Origin: Azolla caroliniana
Lineage: Eukaryota > Plantae > Polypodiophyta
Direction of reading: 5' to 3'
Length of the DNA stretch: 64,000 nucleotides
Assembly (NCBI GenBank): GCA_043228905.1
Contig: JBHGNT010000119.1
Coordinates: 11,302-75,301 of the forward strand
Below, piece after piece: positions 12,565-26,650 of the stretch (within the stretch, counting starts at the first letter, position 1; each line of letters opens with the position of its first letter). The position numbers and the translations under genes were made by a program. The notes beneath the pieces were generated by a model, which saw only the letters and a program-made list of their open reading frames with translations, was not told the DNA's origin and made no database searches.

Positions 12565-14027
12565 TTCCATTCCCCAATGAGCGTAATTGTAGTTGAAATC
12601 CGTTGGATTTGATCCATTTGGATGTGTGGGGATCAACACTGAACGTCAGTCTTGGTGGACGCTGTTACTTCGTAACCTTCATTGCTGACTTCACTCGGCA
12701 TACCTGGGCGTGCTTGATTGTGAAAAAGAGCGAAGTCTTCGCGTGGTTCCTGAAGGTGAAGAGCCTTGCAGAAAGGGCAACTAGGCATAAGATCAAGTGC
12801 CTACGGTCCGATGGCTGGAAGGAGTACTTCTCCGACCAGTTCATGAGTTATCTACAGAAGGAGGGAATTCGACGCGATTTCTTGTGAAGATATACGTCAG
12901 AGCATAACGGCGTAGCCGAGCAGAAGAATCCGACAATCGAAGAAGCCGCCAGGGCAATGCTTGAAGAGAAGCATATGCCGAAGTTTCACTGGGCTGAAGC
13001 CGTAAGGACGACTGTTTACTTCCAGAATCGGACTTTTGCTAATGGAGGAGTGTCACCACATGAGTTATATTACAGGAAGAAGCTAACCTTGGCACACCTG
13101 AGGATTTTTGGTAGCATTGTGTATGTGCATGTGCCGAAAGAAAAGAGGAGGAACTTAGACGCCAAAGCCGAGAAGTGTATCTTGGTCGGCTATTCAGACA
13201 AGCAGAAGGGGTATAAGTGCTATAACCCCCGAACAAAGGATGTTCGCGTAAGCCAACATGTCGTGTTTGACGAGTTCGGTTCGTGGTACTTGCCTTCACC
13301 TCCAATACCTCATGACTCCATTCTGAATTCTGAAGAAGAGGTTAGCGAGGTCGAGCTGCCTCTGCGTGATGAGGAAATCGGAGCTCTAATAGAGAGTCCG
13401 ATCTAATTTCGGCCAAGTGGGCCAAATGAGGGGTTGGGTTGAGATGGCTAACCAAATGAAGAGTCGGCGAGTAGTGGAGACTCGGTTGTGTTGTCCCCAC
13501 GTAAAGAACGAAGGAGACAGTTTACCTGTAAAGAAAAAGGAAGAAGAAAATGTCGGAATACGATTTTGGTAGTGCAGAGTCAGATCTGAGCGAATCTAAC
13601 TTCAGGCCAATCGAGAAGGAATCTCCGCGGAAGTGGTCGAAATCAGCCGGAAAGGTCGTGAAATCGGGTAATCACGAATTACGTCGATCTACCCACCTAA
13701 AGAACCCCGTAAAAAGATATGGATACAATGAATACATGGCTCACCATTACGCGTACAAGACATAAGTGGCGGAAGTGCATGAGCCGGAGAGCTACGCAGA
13801 AGCGGTGAAAGACGCGAATTGGCGTGCCCCGATGAAGGAAGAGATGTGCACTTTATCGAACAACGAGACTTGGGACCTGGTTGACGCACCTAAAAGTGTA
13901 AAGCCGATCGGATGTAGATGGGTGCTTAAGGTGAAATACAACACCGACAACTCGGTCAACCAATATAAGGCCCGCTTGGTTGCAAAAGGCTACGTGCAGA
14001 AACACGATGTAGATTACGACGAGACGT
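12565..14027 (+). pseudogene. pol: Copia A integrase and start of RT
   Basis: DLIHLDVWG, KCLRSDG, KCILVGYS, EPESYAEA, YKARLVAKGY. Confidence 0.87.
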
Positions 14028-14679
14028 TGTCGTGGAGAAAACCGTCCCTAGGCGGAAACCGGGTATAACGTGCGTAAACCGACCCTTACACGTGGGCACA
14101 AGTTTTATTGTATAGTACGTAGGTAGGTACAAGTCGCTTGAGGCGAAATCCTAGGTAGTATGCGTTCGGTAGGGAGGAAATCGAGGCGTATCCCTATCCG
14201 AAAGGATAGGGAATAAACATGATGTAACGAGTGGTAACGGCCTCCCTCCTTGGGTTATAAAAGAGAGGGAGAAGTGAGGGAAATACATCGCGTTTTTGGG
14301 AGCGAGGAGGAAGTTCTATCGGACCGGGACTGAGCTCTCACCTCCATCGTTCGACTTTCTCTGCAGGATTTCGGACTGTGTTGCCTCTGCTTCGTGGACA
14401 GCCCGTGCGCTTTCGGCAGAGGCTCAACTATACAGTCGGGTTGTGTGTGCGTGCGTGAGCATCGTGTGTATGTGTGTGTGTCCGCCTGGGTTGAGTCCGT
14501 CGTCGGCTTGCCGGTTGTAATCGTTGTCGATTGTAATTAAGACTTTGTTCTCTCTCTCTCTTTCCTCCTCTGTGTTTCTGCAAGCTGCTCTCTCTTTCTC
14601 CCCTCTTTCTCACGCCCCTTGGTTCATGTCCCCCGCAGTCCCGCCTCTTTCCGAACGCGAAGAGTGTAACAACTCGACA
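14028..14679 (+). repeat. 5' LTR of element B
   Basis: tgtcg...cgaca termini; its start is repeated at 20668. Confidence 0.88.
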
Positions 14680-14717
14680 TATTTGGTGAACGCGAATAGG
14701 TGGCAAAGGAGTGAAGG

Positions 14718-17111
14718 ATGAGGGGATCCGAGCTTGCTGAAGCTATGGCCGTAGCCGTCGACCGGCTAGTGAGCGCTCGCGAGGGAATGGGTGCCCTCGA
14801 TAGGGCCATTGAGTCGATCGTCGGCACCATAGGTCGATTCGGGGGGAAGAATACCACAAGCTACTTGGAGGCCTACCAGCCTGAAATGATCATGAGGGAT
14901 ATCTTGGGGGACAGGCAGCTGTCCAGATTCCCTCGGGTAGTGACGCTGAGCATCCACGCAGAGGTGCTCGGGGTGTTGGCCGGATGCCGGACCTGGGAGG
15001 AGTTTGAGTTGCGGCTCCTTGAGATGTATGGGTTCGATGACTTGCTTCAGCTATCGAAGCGAGACTTCATGGCATGGGTTGAGAGCCCTGGGAAGGGGAG
15101 GAACACGTCGGCGCTCCTCCAAGAGTTCGAGAAACGGTTCGCACGGTTGTCAACGCTGGACCGGACCGTGCTTGACACAAGCCGGGTACTGCTATTCGTC
15201 AAGTCGGTGGACGCCATGGACCGGGAGAAGGTGGGTTTCCTGTTGGAAATGGATGAAGGGCTCATGACAGACTGGGCCATGGTAAGGAGGGTGTGCGGTC
15301 GTTTCGACAAGCGGCACAAGTGGAACAACGAGGGCTCGTCGGTGGCAAGACCGGTCCCGGCGAGGGAGCTCGAGGAGCCGGTGTCAGTACTGGATAGGAA
15401 GGAAGAAACTCGGAGTTGGCTTGAGGTGGGCTCAGCTCCGAGCGGAGTGGTCAAAGGTCCCTCCAGAGGCGCGGCTCTAGAAGAGCTGTCGCAGATGGTG
15501 CAAGATCTCCAAATTGCACAGGCCCGGAGGGACAACGGCGAACAGTCTCGTGACTGAAGGCCGCCGGTGGGGCAACGGTGCATGTGGTGCGATGTGGTCG
15601 GCCACATACAGAAAGAATGCGTGGATTTCGTAGAGGCACTCATGACCAACGTAGTTTACCTCTAGAACGGGCGGGTGCACGCGAGCGAGACCCGGAAAGC
15701 TCTAGAGTTGAATTCGGGACACGACGGAATGAAGCGGTTGATGGAAGAGGCCGCGGCACGACATGCAGAGGCCGTTAACTACTCGGCATTGGCGGGAATC
15801 CAGGTCGGGGGTGATGAGGCCTGGAAAACGAAGGACTCCAGATTCTGGCTGCTGGTGCTAGAGAGTCTCCCCGGAGTACTGTTGAAGAAGGAAGAGGTAG
15901 ACCGCGCGGAACAGTGGATCCGGGAGGTCACTAGATGGGACGACCCGGTGGAAGAGAAGACTGGCTTCGTGGCAGCCGCATGCCAGAACTACGAGGTTCT
16001 GGTAGAAGACAAGCGCGTGGGAAAGGCCGGAGGGGCAGGCCCCTTGCAGCGGTACGAGATCCAGTTCGGACGGAAGCCGAATGAGGCTGCCAACCCCAGC
16101 GCACCGGAGAAGAAGAAGTAGGCCGGTTTCCGGTTGAGCACCGAAATAGAACGAACAACGGACCTGCGGAAGGTCCTGGAAGAGAGAATTCTCGACAACA
16201 AGGTCGAGCTGTCGTTACGGGAGGTGCTGGGAATCGCCAAGAAGGAGTTCCACGACTCCATCGTGGACTTGGTGAAGCGGAAGAGGCTCTTGACGGAACC
16301 GGAACCGGAGAGGCTGGTGGAAGTGCGGATGACGCACTTAGAAGACACAGCCCTAGAGGATAAGTTGGCGGAAAACCACTACACGAAGCCGCATTGGGCT
16401 AGGGCCACTACGGAAACCCCTGTTCGGATCGGCAACGTCCAAGAGAGAATTCTCGACAGCAAGGTCGAGCTATCGTTACGGGAGGTGTTGGGAATCGCCA
16501 AGAAGGAGTTCCACAACTCCATCGTGGACTTGGTGAAGCGGAAGAGGCTCTTGACGGAACCGGAACTGGAGAGGCCGGTGGAAGTGCGGACGACACACTT
16601 AGAAGACACAACCCTAGAGGATAAGTTGGCAGAAAGCCACTACACGAAGCCGCATTGGGCTAGGGCCACTACGGAAACCCCTGTTCGGATCGGCAACGTC
16701 CAGGAGCCGGTGGTGGCATTGGTAGACCACGGTTCGGAGATCAACCTGATCTCCATGGACTTCTATAAAAGGGGGAAATGGCCGATCAACACCAAGCACG
16801 GGTGGAAGATACTCGCGGCGATGTGCGCTACAGAGGAGCTGCATGGTGCGTGCCGGAACGTACGCGTGAAGATCGGCGACGTCGAGATAGATCAACATTT
16901 CTTCGTGCAGGAGACTTCCTCGCACCTGGTAAATCTCGGCAAACCGTACATTATGGCAGCGCGCATGGGGACGAAAGTACTGGACAACGGTTCGGTGTAT
17001 GTGCGCGTCAAGAGCCAAGACGGTCGGCATTCCGTCCAATTCATGACAGTGCGACCCAACCACGAGCGAAACCGCGGGACCCTCGACGGCGATAGCCGAG
17101 GGTATTTTTAG
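14718..17111 (+). pseudogene. gag: Element B gag-protease with an internal 261-bp duplication
   Basis: Homologous to 46227..48134. Protease motif LVDHGSEINL. Several stops. Confidence 0.87.
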
Positions 17112-17358
17112 AGAGGGCTATCAAGGCTGGGGCCGCGATAGTCCGGACACCCTGGAAAAACCCCCACAGATGTACTATAGGCAAAAACACTTGTACCATA
17201 GGTAGAAAATTATGGTTCTCCAATAGCGATGGTTGTACGATAGCCGGCGTAGTTGGCCGGGAAAAGAAGTGGGCGGAGGAGCGGCTTTGGGCGTGCGGAG
17301 TCCTCGGCCCTGAAGAGGAAATCAACGGAGCCGTGGAGGGGTCTCTTTCGACGACACG

Positions 17359-20300
17359 TTGGGCAAGTTACAGGAGGTGTTTGGAGAAGTCCTTAATGAG
17401 GACCGGACGATTCCGGTATGTTCGGAAAAGATGTACGAAGTCATCGCCGACTTCGGTAGTGGACTCGAGTCGGATCGGACGACTCCAGTGGATACGAAGT
17501 ACAAGACTGTGGACTGGAAGGTGAGGCCAGTCGCGGCACCCTTGCCGGAGGGCAGCAAGTTACGGATAAAGGGGGTCATGTCGGACCCAAGTTTACGAGA
17601 TCCAACTAGCATAGGACACACGTTCACCGACATAATGCTACGGGAGCTCAAGATCGGTGGGGGTGGTTTTCTACTACCAGCGGAAGAGGATTGGTTTCGG
17701 AGAATGCTCAGGAGGCACGGTAAGGCTTTCGCATTCTCTCCAGAGGAGATCGGGTGCGTAGACCCGAAGGTTGTGGAACCAATGGTGATCTTCATGGTAC
17801 CGCATGTGCCGTGGAGTCTCAAACCGATTCCGGTACCTAGAGCTCCCATCCCGAAGCTGATGGAGCTGCTGAAACAGAAGGTTGAGATGGGCATCCTTGA
17901 ACCGTCGAGTGCCCCATATTCGAATCGGTGGTTTACCGTGCCAAAGAAGAACAGCGCATTGCGCGTCATATAGGACCTACAACCGGTGAACAAGGTGACC
18001 ATTCGAAACGCAGGTATCGGACCGACCATCGATGAGTTCACGGAGGCTTTCGCAAGGAGGTCGATCTACTTGGTCGGGGACTTGTACTCAGGCTACGATC
18101 AGTTCCAGCTAGCCGTAGAGAGCAGGGATGTCACGACGATGCGGAATCCTCTCGGTCTAGTTCGGATGTGTACCTTGCCACAAGGAGGAACGAACTCGGT
18201 GGCACACATGGTGAATGCGATGAACAAGGTGTTGAGGGACTGCATCCAAGACATCATCATTCCGTTTCTGGACGACATCCCGATCAAAGAATGTCCGGTG
18301 GAGGACAAGGATGAGTCTATCGGGCCCGACGGTTGCCGGAGGTTCGTGACGGATCACATCCGCGACTGCGAGAAGGTGCTACAAAGACTCGAGAGCGCAC
18401 GACTCACCTTCTCCGCAGAAAAATCAGCATTCAGACAGCCGGAGATCCTGGTAGTCGGACACTTGTGCGGGCCCTATGGCCGGAAACCGTCCCCGGCAAA
18501 GGTAGAAGCCATCTCCGTGATGAATGACGATTGCGGGTCGATTACGGAGGTCTGTAGATTCTTGGGTGCGTGCGCGTTTTACCACATCTGGATTCCGCAC
18601 TACGCACATGTCGCGGAACCGCTCTACGGGCTATTGAAGAAAGGGCGTAGGTTCGAGTGGAGGATGGAGCACACGGAGTCGGTCCGGAGGCTGAAGGAGG
18701 CGCTTGCTGCGGCACTAGCTCTCCGGAAAGTGGTTTATGGCAAGGAAGTCCCCATCTACGTGACGGTGGACACAAGCCCGACCAGGATCGGGTGGGTGAT
18801 CAGTGAGGAGGACAAGGACAGCGTATGGTTCCCGATCCAGTTCAGGGCGAAGGTATTGAGCAAGTGGCAGCGAGGATACGCCCAAGTTAAGCGCGAGCTG
18901 TGGGGTATCGTTTCAACAGTCAAGGCCGACAAGGACTATCTGATCAGGACGGAAGTGATCATCGAGACAGACTTCCCAGTGATTTTAGGTATGGTCTCCG
19001 GATGCGCGACTCCGGACTTGGCAGTGCTCAAGAGGATTACGTACATCAAGTCCTTGAACCCGGAGATACGGCACATCTCTGGGAAGATAATGCCATGGAC
19101 GATATGCTTTCAAGGGCTCGGTTCAACGACAAGGAGGGCATGATTTCGGATAACGAGGAAGTCGGCGAGTATTTCTTTGGGTCAGCCAATGTAACAACAA
19201 GAAAGGGGAGCCCTCCGGCACTTAATGAATTCGACAAGAGCAAGTACGATGGGGAGTGGCTCCAAATCGGAGGGTTCCTGAAGACAATGACACCGGACGC
19301 GGCATGGACGAAGGAAGAGACCAACCGGATTCGGAAGAAAGCATACCGTTTCTTTCTACAGGACGGGAGCATATGGAAGTACCCAAAGAAGAGAGACGAC
19401 ATCCCGCTCCGAGTGGTGGCGAAGAAAGAGGAACATTTAGAATTGCTGACGGCGTATCACGAGAGTCCCTGGGCCGGACACGCGGGACATGGGCCACATT
19501 CGAGAAGCTAAAGGGGAAGTATTGGTGGCCGGGACTATACCAGGACGTGCATCGGTTCATGACGACTTGCGAAAGCTGTCAGGTGCACTCCATAGTCTAA
19601 CATCGGGACGAGCTCCACCCGACCTACCCTCCGACTGTCCACTTCAAGTTGATGGTGGATCTGGTGACGATGCCGATGGGGGTAGGGCAGATGCGGTATC
19701 TGGTGCTGGCTCGGGAGGACCTTACGAACTAGGTGGAAGGTCGAGCGTTGCAGAGCAAAATGATCGCGGTCGTGTGCCGATTTTTGATCGAAGAAGTGGT
19801 ATGCCGGTACGGGTGCGTAGGTAAGATCGTGGCCGACCGCGGGGAATTGGACGCGCAATAGGTGGAGGAGCAGTTTGATTGGCTAGGAATTAAACTCTCG
19901 CTCACCACGGCGTACAATCCGGAGGCTAACGGGAAGGTGGAGCGCAGAAACGGGCCGATCGTCAAAGCGTTGGTACGGGCGTGTGGAGGCCATGTTGGGA
20001 ACTGGCCGCAGCTCTTACCCTATGCGTTGTGGGCGGACCGAACTATGCACAGTTCGGTAACCGGGTTCATGCTGGCAGAGCTAATGTACGGACAAAAGCC
20101 GATCATGCCAACGGAGCAGACAATCTCCTCGTGGGCCACCGTGGACTGGAAAGACGAGATGATTCGAGAGGAGCTGTTAGCGGCACGGATTTGGCAGTTG
20201 GAGCGAAGACCGGAGGACGTGGACCGAGCCGCGGAGAAGTTATGGGTGGTGAGGGTAAAGAACAAAAGACGGTTCGACCGGACTCACCAACTGAGACCGA

Positions 20301-20593
20301 AGAAGATCGAGAAAGGCGACTGGGTTCTAGTGTATGACAGCAACCTCAACAACCAGCACCGGGCAACGCGAAAGTTTGCAAGAAGGTGGTTCGGGTCTTA
20401 TGTGGTGACGAGCGCCAACGACAATGGGACCTACCATCTCGCAGAGCTCGACGGGACAAGGATGGCGGTACCGGTGGCGGGGAAAAGGATCAAAGCCTTC
20501 AAAAAGTGGCACGAGGCTGAACCGGACCCGGGCGACCTGGATAGCGACAACGACCGGCTCGGAACGGATGCCGATCCGGAAGACGAAGGATAA
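17359..20593 (+). pseudogene. pol: Element B pol RT-RH-INT
   Basis: DLYSGYDQF, LPQGGTNS, FLDD, YNPEANGKVER. Confidence 0.9.
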
Positions 20594-20694
20594 GCGTGGG
20601 CCGGTCTTCTCCGGCAGGAGTCTAATTTTGGCACATACCGGTGGATGCGCGGTTAGGTGGCGGCGGATGTCGTGGAGAAAACCATCCCTAGACA

Positions 20695-21995
20695 GACGTC
20701 TAGATCAGACTCTTATTTGTTCGTTCGGCAAGGTCGACATGGACCAGTTTGTTTTTTATTTTATGTTGATAATTTAGTCATCGCTGGTGCGGATCTGGAA
20801 GAAATTAGTCACGTATGCGGCATCGTTCGAAATGAAGGATCTTGGCGACCTTCATTACATCCTCGGGATTGAAGTGATCTGCACCCCCCGAAGGCATATC
20901 GATCAGCTAGCATCACTACGCATTGTATATGCTCTTTATGTTTAGGAGGGGAAATTGTAAGCCGATCTCGACCCCTCTGGATAGAAACGTAAAGCGTCAC
21001 CGAGATTTGGGAAAGGCATGCGACCTGACACGCTTCCGATAGATTGTCGAAAGCCTAATCTACTTGACGATTACTCAACCTAATCTCAATTACCCGGTCG
21101 GCTTGATTAGTCAATTTATGTTGCAGGCCACGGCTGAACACTTTCAGTGTGTGCAAAGAATAATGTGATATGTCAGCGGCACTAAGGACATGGCGTAGCC
21201 GAACAGTTAGTTGGCTACACGAATGTCGATTGGGCCGGAAATGCCAACAATCGTAGATCCACATCCGTATACGCATTCTAAATGGGAAGTGTGGCGATCA
21301 TGTGGAGCAGTAAGAAGCAACAAATAGTGGCACTGTTGAGCACAAAGGCCGAATATCGAGGGGTGACTATCGCTATGTGCGAAGTCATTTGGTTGAGACG
21401 GCTATTACGAGATCTGCATGTGGAGGTGTCCGATCCGACGATGATCTATTGCAACAACCTCAGCAGTATTCACCTAGCAAAAAATCCTGTATTCCACACC
21501 CAGACGAAGCACATTGAGGTGCACTACCATTTTGTACGCGAGCATGTCCTTTATGGTGAAGTCAAAGTAGTGTATGTTCCCACGGGTCGGCAGATTGCCG
21601 ACATCTTCACCAAGCCCCTTGGTCTCGACAAGTTGCGGCATTTCTCTGGTTGAGCTGGGTTTGCGTCACCTCGACATGCTGAACTTGAGGGGGAGATAGG
21701 AATAGGAGCGTGAACGTGAAAGGAGATGTAGTGACCGCAATTCTGAATTGGATGAAGATTTCGATTTCGGGTCTGCTGAAGAAGCCAAAGGAGGAAACAT
21801 GGGCCGTAATTGAAAGAAAGAGCCAAAGATAGCCGGACAAGGGGGAGATATAGCCAAGAAGGGCGTAAAGGCCAAGACCAAGACGTGTTCTGATGTTGTC
21901 AAGGGCCTGAAGACCGAAGACGAATTGGAGACAACCAATTCGGACGTTAGCGGAAATGAGTCGGTAGTGACCGATTCAATCGAAATGTTCGATTC
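20695..21995 (+). pseudogene. pol: Copia A end of RT, RNase H and acidic tail
   Basis: YVDNL, WSSKKQ, TKHIEVHYHFVRE, ADIFTKPLG. Confidence 0.83.
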
Positions 21996-22205
21996 GGAGC
22001 AGGGCTTGTATAAAAGGTGCTCACTGAGCACGAAGTACAAAGAGAACATATAGAGATTTATTTTTTGAATATAGTTTCGTTTCTGCTCTCTCTCTCTCCG
22101 TCTCCTTCTCTGTGATTTCTGCGTTTTTACCGAACTGTCATACTTATGAACTGTGTACTCTGTGTCTTACGGATATGCTTTTATTCTTTTACATATTCTT
22201 TTACA

Positions 22206-22760
22206 AACAAGTATTGGTGGATTTGCACATCATGCCAGAGGGACCAAGGGCTTATCCACTAATACTAGGAAGACCATGGTTGATGGGTATGAAACTGAGA
22301 CAAGATTGGCATCGTGGGGAATTAGAATTGTTCATCGATAAGCCTCATGGTCAGAGAGTGAAGTGTGATATGAAGACATGACAATTACTTTATTTCCCAG
22401 ATGGTAGACTAGAAGAAGATGGGTAACATGAAGTTGAAGAATTTTCATATGAAGAATCCTTTTCTTCAAGTGAAGAGGATGAGGTTGACGATGAGTATGA
22501 GGAATTACACATAGGAGTGGACCTATGTGGTATTGGGTTAGAACCCACCAAAAGTCAGCCGAATGTGCCCAAGGAGGAACTCGTGGTATTGTTATCCCCT
22601 AATTTGATTGAAGAAGAGAGAAACCAATATTCCATGTTGTTTGATAAGTATCCTAAGTTGTTTGCTATGGAGTATACTCAGATGAGGGGAACACATTCTG
22701 TGTTACATGAGATAAAGTTGCATAACAATGCAATGCCAATTCCTCAAAAACTCAGAAGGT
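22206..22760 (+). mobile_element. Old gypsy protease/RT N-terminal fragment, of the same type as element F
   Basis: AYPLILGRPWL resembles AYPLLLGRPWL in F; YTQMRG..HEIKL..PIPQKLRR. Boundaries approximate. Confidence 0.65.
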
Positions 22761-25700
22761 TAATGGTAATCTTTACGGTGCCGCACGTGTCGTGGAGTTT
22801 CAAGCCAATTCAGGTACCATGAGCTCACATTCTGATGTTGATGGAGGTTCTTAAGCAGAAAGTGGAGTTAGGCATCCTCGAACCATCGAGTGCCCCTTAC
22901 TCCAACCGATGGTTTACAGTACCAAAGGAGAATGGCACGTTACGCTTCATTCAGGACTTGCAGCCGGTCAATAAGGTGACCATTCACAATATAGGAGTTG
23001 AACCATCAATCGACAAGTTCACGAAAGCCTTCGCCGATAGGTCCATATACTTGGTCAGAGATATATACTTGGGGTATGATCAATTCTAGCTAGCCGTCAA
23101 AAGCAGGGACATCACGACGATGTGAAACCCTCTCGGCTTAGTTCGGATGTGTACCCTACCGCAAGGAGGGACCAACTCGGTGGCACACCTGGTGAATGCA
23201 ATGAACAAAATACTGAGGGACTGCATCCCAGACATCACCATGCCATTCCTGGATGATATTCCTATAAAGGGGTGTCCGGAGGACATGAAGAACAAGTCAA
23301 CATGAGCAAACAGATGCCGAAGGTTTGTCATGGACCACATCTCCGACTGTGAGGTCGGCTTTCGGACAACTAGAGATCTTAGTGGTCGGCCACTTATGCG
23401 GGGCCATATGGTCGAAGGCCGTCCCCGGCAAAGGTAGAGGCCATCTCGGTAATGAAAGAGGAGTGCAGATCCATCACGGAGGTCCGGTGTTTCTTGGGAG
23501 CATGCGCCTTCTACCACATCTGGATACCGCACTACGTGCATGTCCCCGAGCCACTCTATGGCTTGTTGAAGAAAGGCAGGAATTTTGAATGGGCCGAAGA
23601 GCACATGGAGGCGGTCCAAAGACTAAAACAAATGCTTACAATTGCACCGGCTTTACAGAAAGTTGTATACAAACCAGACACTCCAGTTTACATCACAGTT
23701 GGCACCAACCCGACCGAAATCGGATGGGTCGTAAATCAGGAAGATGAAAACTGCATGTGTTTCCCCATCCGGTTCGGCGCGAAGGTATTGAGCGAGCGAC
23801 AACGAGGATACGCCCAGGTCAAGTGCTAACTATGGGGTATCATTTCAGTGGTTAAGGTCGACAAGGAATACTTAATCGAGACAGAAGTGATTGTAGAAAT
23901 GGACTGCCTACCGATTCTCGATATGGTTTCCGGATGCGCAACTCCTGATGTGGCCATGCTCAGGTGGATTGCGTACATCAAGTCCCTGAACCCAGAAAAA
24001 TGGCACATTTTTGGAAAAGACAACGCCATGGCCAATATGCCTTCCAGAGAGAGGTTCGAGAACGAGGACGACATGGTGTCGGAAGACGAAGAAGACGGCG
24101 AGAACTTCTTCAAATCAGCACGAATGAAGGTAAATAGGCAAAGCACTCCGCCCTTGAACGAGTTCGACGAGGACGATTACGATAGGGAGTGGCTTCTAAT
24201 CGGAAGGTTCCTAAGAACGATGACAGCGGACACATCATGGACAAGGGAGGAAGCGAATAAACTCCAGAAAAGGGTGTACAGGTTCTTCCTACGAAATGGG
24301 AAAATCTGGAGGCATCCGAAGAAGCGGAATGACACGCCACTCCGGGTGCTAGCGCGAACCAAGGATCAAGTGAAGCTGATATCAGAGTTCCACGAAAGCC
24401 CTTGGTCCGGGCATCGGGGTACATGGACCACGTTCGAGAAGCTAAAGGATAAGTACTGGTGGCCTGGAATGTATAAAGGTGTGTGCCATTGTGTGTCGAC
24501 GTGTGAGAGCTGCCATATGCACTCAGTGGTTCGACACTGCGACGAGCTGCACCCGACTTACCCGCTGGCCATACACTTCAAGTGGATGCTCGACTTGGTG
24601 ACAATGCCGATGGGAGTAGACAGATGCGATACCTAGTGCTAGCAAGGGAAGATCTGACAAACCAAGTGGAGGGCCGAGCGTTGACAAACAAGACCACCGT
24701 GGCCGTGTGCAAGTTTCTGATTGAAGATGACGTCTGCCATTACGGGTGCGTAGGAAAGATTGTGGCTGATTGTGGAGAGCTGGATGCGGAGGAGGCCAAG
24801 AAACTGTTTGACCGACTAGAGGTGAAGTTCACCCTCACAACGGCGTACAACCCAGAAGCAAACGGGAAGGTCGAGCAGGGTCATGGACCGATCGTAAAAG
24901 CCATAGTGTGTTGTACGCATGCGAAGGACGAGTCGGAAACTAGCCAAGACTACTCCCTTACGCGCTATGGGCGAACAGGGCTACTCACAGTTCGGTGACC
25001 AGGTACATGCCTACGGAGCTCATGTTTGGGCAGAAACCCATCATGCCGATGGAACGAACAATTACCTCATCAATAGCGGTCAATTGAGCCGATGAAATGA
25101 GCCAAGAAGAGTTGTTGGCGGCACGCATCCCACAACTCACGTGAAGGCCAGAAGATGTGGAATGGGCAACAACGAGGGTAAAAGAGGCACGGAGCAGAAA
25201 CAAGGCCAGGTTCGACCAGACGCATCGACTCCGACCAAAGAAGTTCGAGGAAGGAGACCGGGTGCTGGTCTACGACAACAGTCTTCACAACTAGCATCAG
25301 TCTATGCCTAAGTTCCCAAAATGGTGGTTTGGGCCGTACATGGTGCCTTGTGCGAACAACAACGCGCCATACCATCTTGTGGAGCTCAACGGGACCCGAA
25401 TGATGACATTGGTAGCAGGGAAGCGGATAAAGGCCTTCAAAAGGAGGAACAAAGCGGAACCGAACCCAACGATGGGAATCAAAAGTGATGACTCGGACCG
25501 AGAGGACTAGTAATGGCTCGCCCTAGAATCCTCCACTAAACTCGCTACCTAGCACATACCAGAGGATGTGCGGTTTGGTGGGGGTGGATGTCGTGAAGAT
25601 TCCATGCCATAGGGGGAAATGTCGCCAAATGCGTGGGAACGCGGGTGTGCACAAGTGCGCCCCCTTTTTGTACTAATTTATGTAAATCCTAGGTGTCGGT

Positions 25701-26378
25701 AAGTTTTGCGGATTACTAGGAAGTTAGGCATTGATAGAAGATTTAATATCGCGTAGGTGGGGGAGAACAAAGGTGAGATAGCGAGAGTACATCAAGAAGA
25801 GAATCTAGGAGATGATATCGAGAGGTCATTAAACCTGATGTAATGGCTGCTCCTTGTGCTATAAAAGGGGCGGCCTCAGATTGTTTGAGGGATCGATGTT
25901 TTTGAGGAGGGGAAGACACTGCCAAACAGGAAGAGGTAGGCCGCTCTCTCTATCTTTCTCTCTCAGTCTCTTCCAAACCTCTACGACCAAACCCTAGAAG
26001 GAACCCTCGACTCATGTCAGATGCCCGTGCACTCTCGGCCAAAGGTCCCCTTTTTCGTGTGTTTGCTCTAGAGCTCGAATCTCTATTCCCGGCTCTGACC
26101 GGTTGTATTCCCTGAGCTTCGCGCGAGCCTCCTAACTACTATTTATAATCTATTCCGTTGCTTTACATTGTTTTTCTACTGTGTCGTTCTCGTGTTGCTA
26201 TTCTTTCGTACTACATTGAGTTCGAAACCTACGACCACCTCCTTCCTACTCCTCTTTTTCTGTTTACGGTATTTGTGTGTATGTGATGCGCGGGCCTCTT
26301 CCTCCTTTCTCGATTCCTTGGTTCAAGACCCCTGTGGTCCTGCCCCATTTCTACGCATCCGCGCGGAATACCGCAACA
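22761..26378 (+). mobile_element. Degenerate 3' half of tRNA-Trp-family gypsy element K: pol plus 3' LTR (25589-26378)
   Basis: pol fragments homologous to B and E. PPT ggtgggggtgga precedes tgtcgtgaag. LTR ends ..gcaaca and is followed by ACGT. Confidence 0.85.
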
Positions 26379-26650
26379 ACGTTCTCTTGTAAATTTCACG
26401 TGTCGATTATTAGGGGCATTTTTTGAAAGCCCTAAATTTTTGGACATGGTATAAATCAATATATTTTGATTCAATTTCCAAAACCCTTTATCCATGCGAT
26501 GGTCCTTTTTGTCAAATGACCTACTTTGTGCCTTTTTTCGACGGACTGTTCTTAAATTGTGACATATTACCTATTTCAAATGACCCGATGTTAAGATATT
26601 CTCTTTAAACTTAAACATCTCTCTCTCTGTGCAACTGTCTATTTCATCTT

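Larger units (their letters stand above)
14028..20692 (+). mobile_element. Degenerate non-chromovirus gypsy element B (tRNA-Trp PBS family, Phygy-like); 3' LTR cut to about 25 bp by a deletion
   Basis: 5' LTR 14028-14679, PBS tggtgaacgcga, gag-PR 14718-17111, pol 17359-20593, then PPT and tgtcgtggagaaaacc at 20668. Left flank is ACGT. Confidence 0.9.
5175..22205 (+). mobile_element. Degenerate Ty1/copia element A (possibly Bryco/RLC5-like), host to two gypsy insertions
   Basis: 5' LTR remnant ends acatattcttttaca at 5233, followed by a PBS. Segments: gag/PR 5336-6857, INT/RT 12565-14027, RT/RNase H 20695-21995. The 3' LTR remnant (about 22000-22205) ends in the same acatattcttttaca. Confidence 0.85.
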
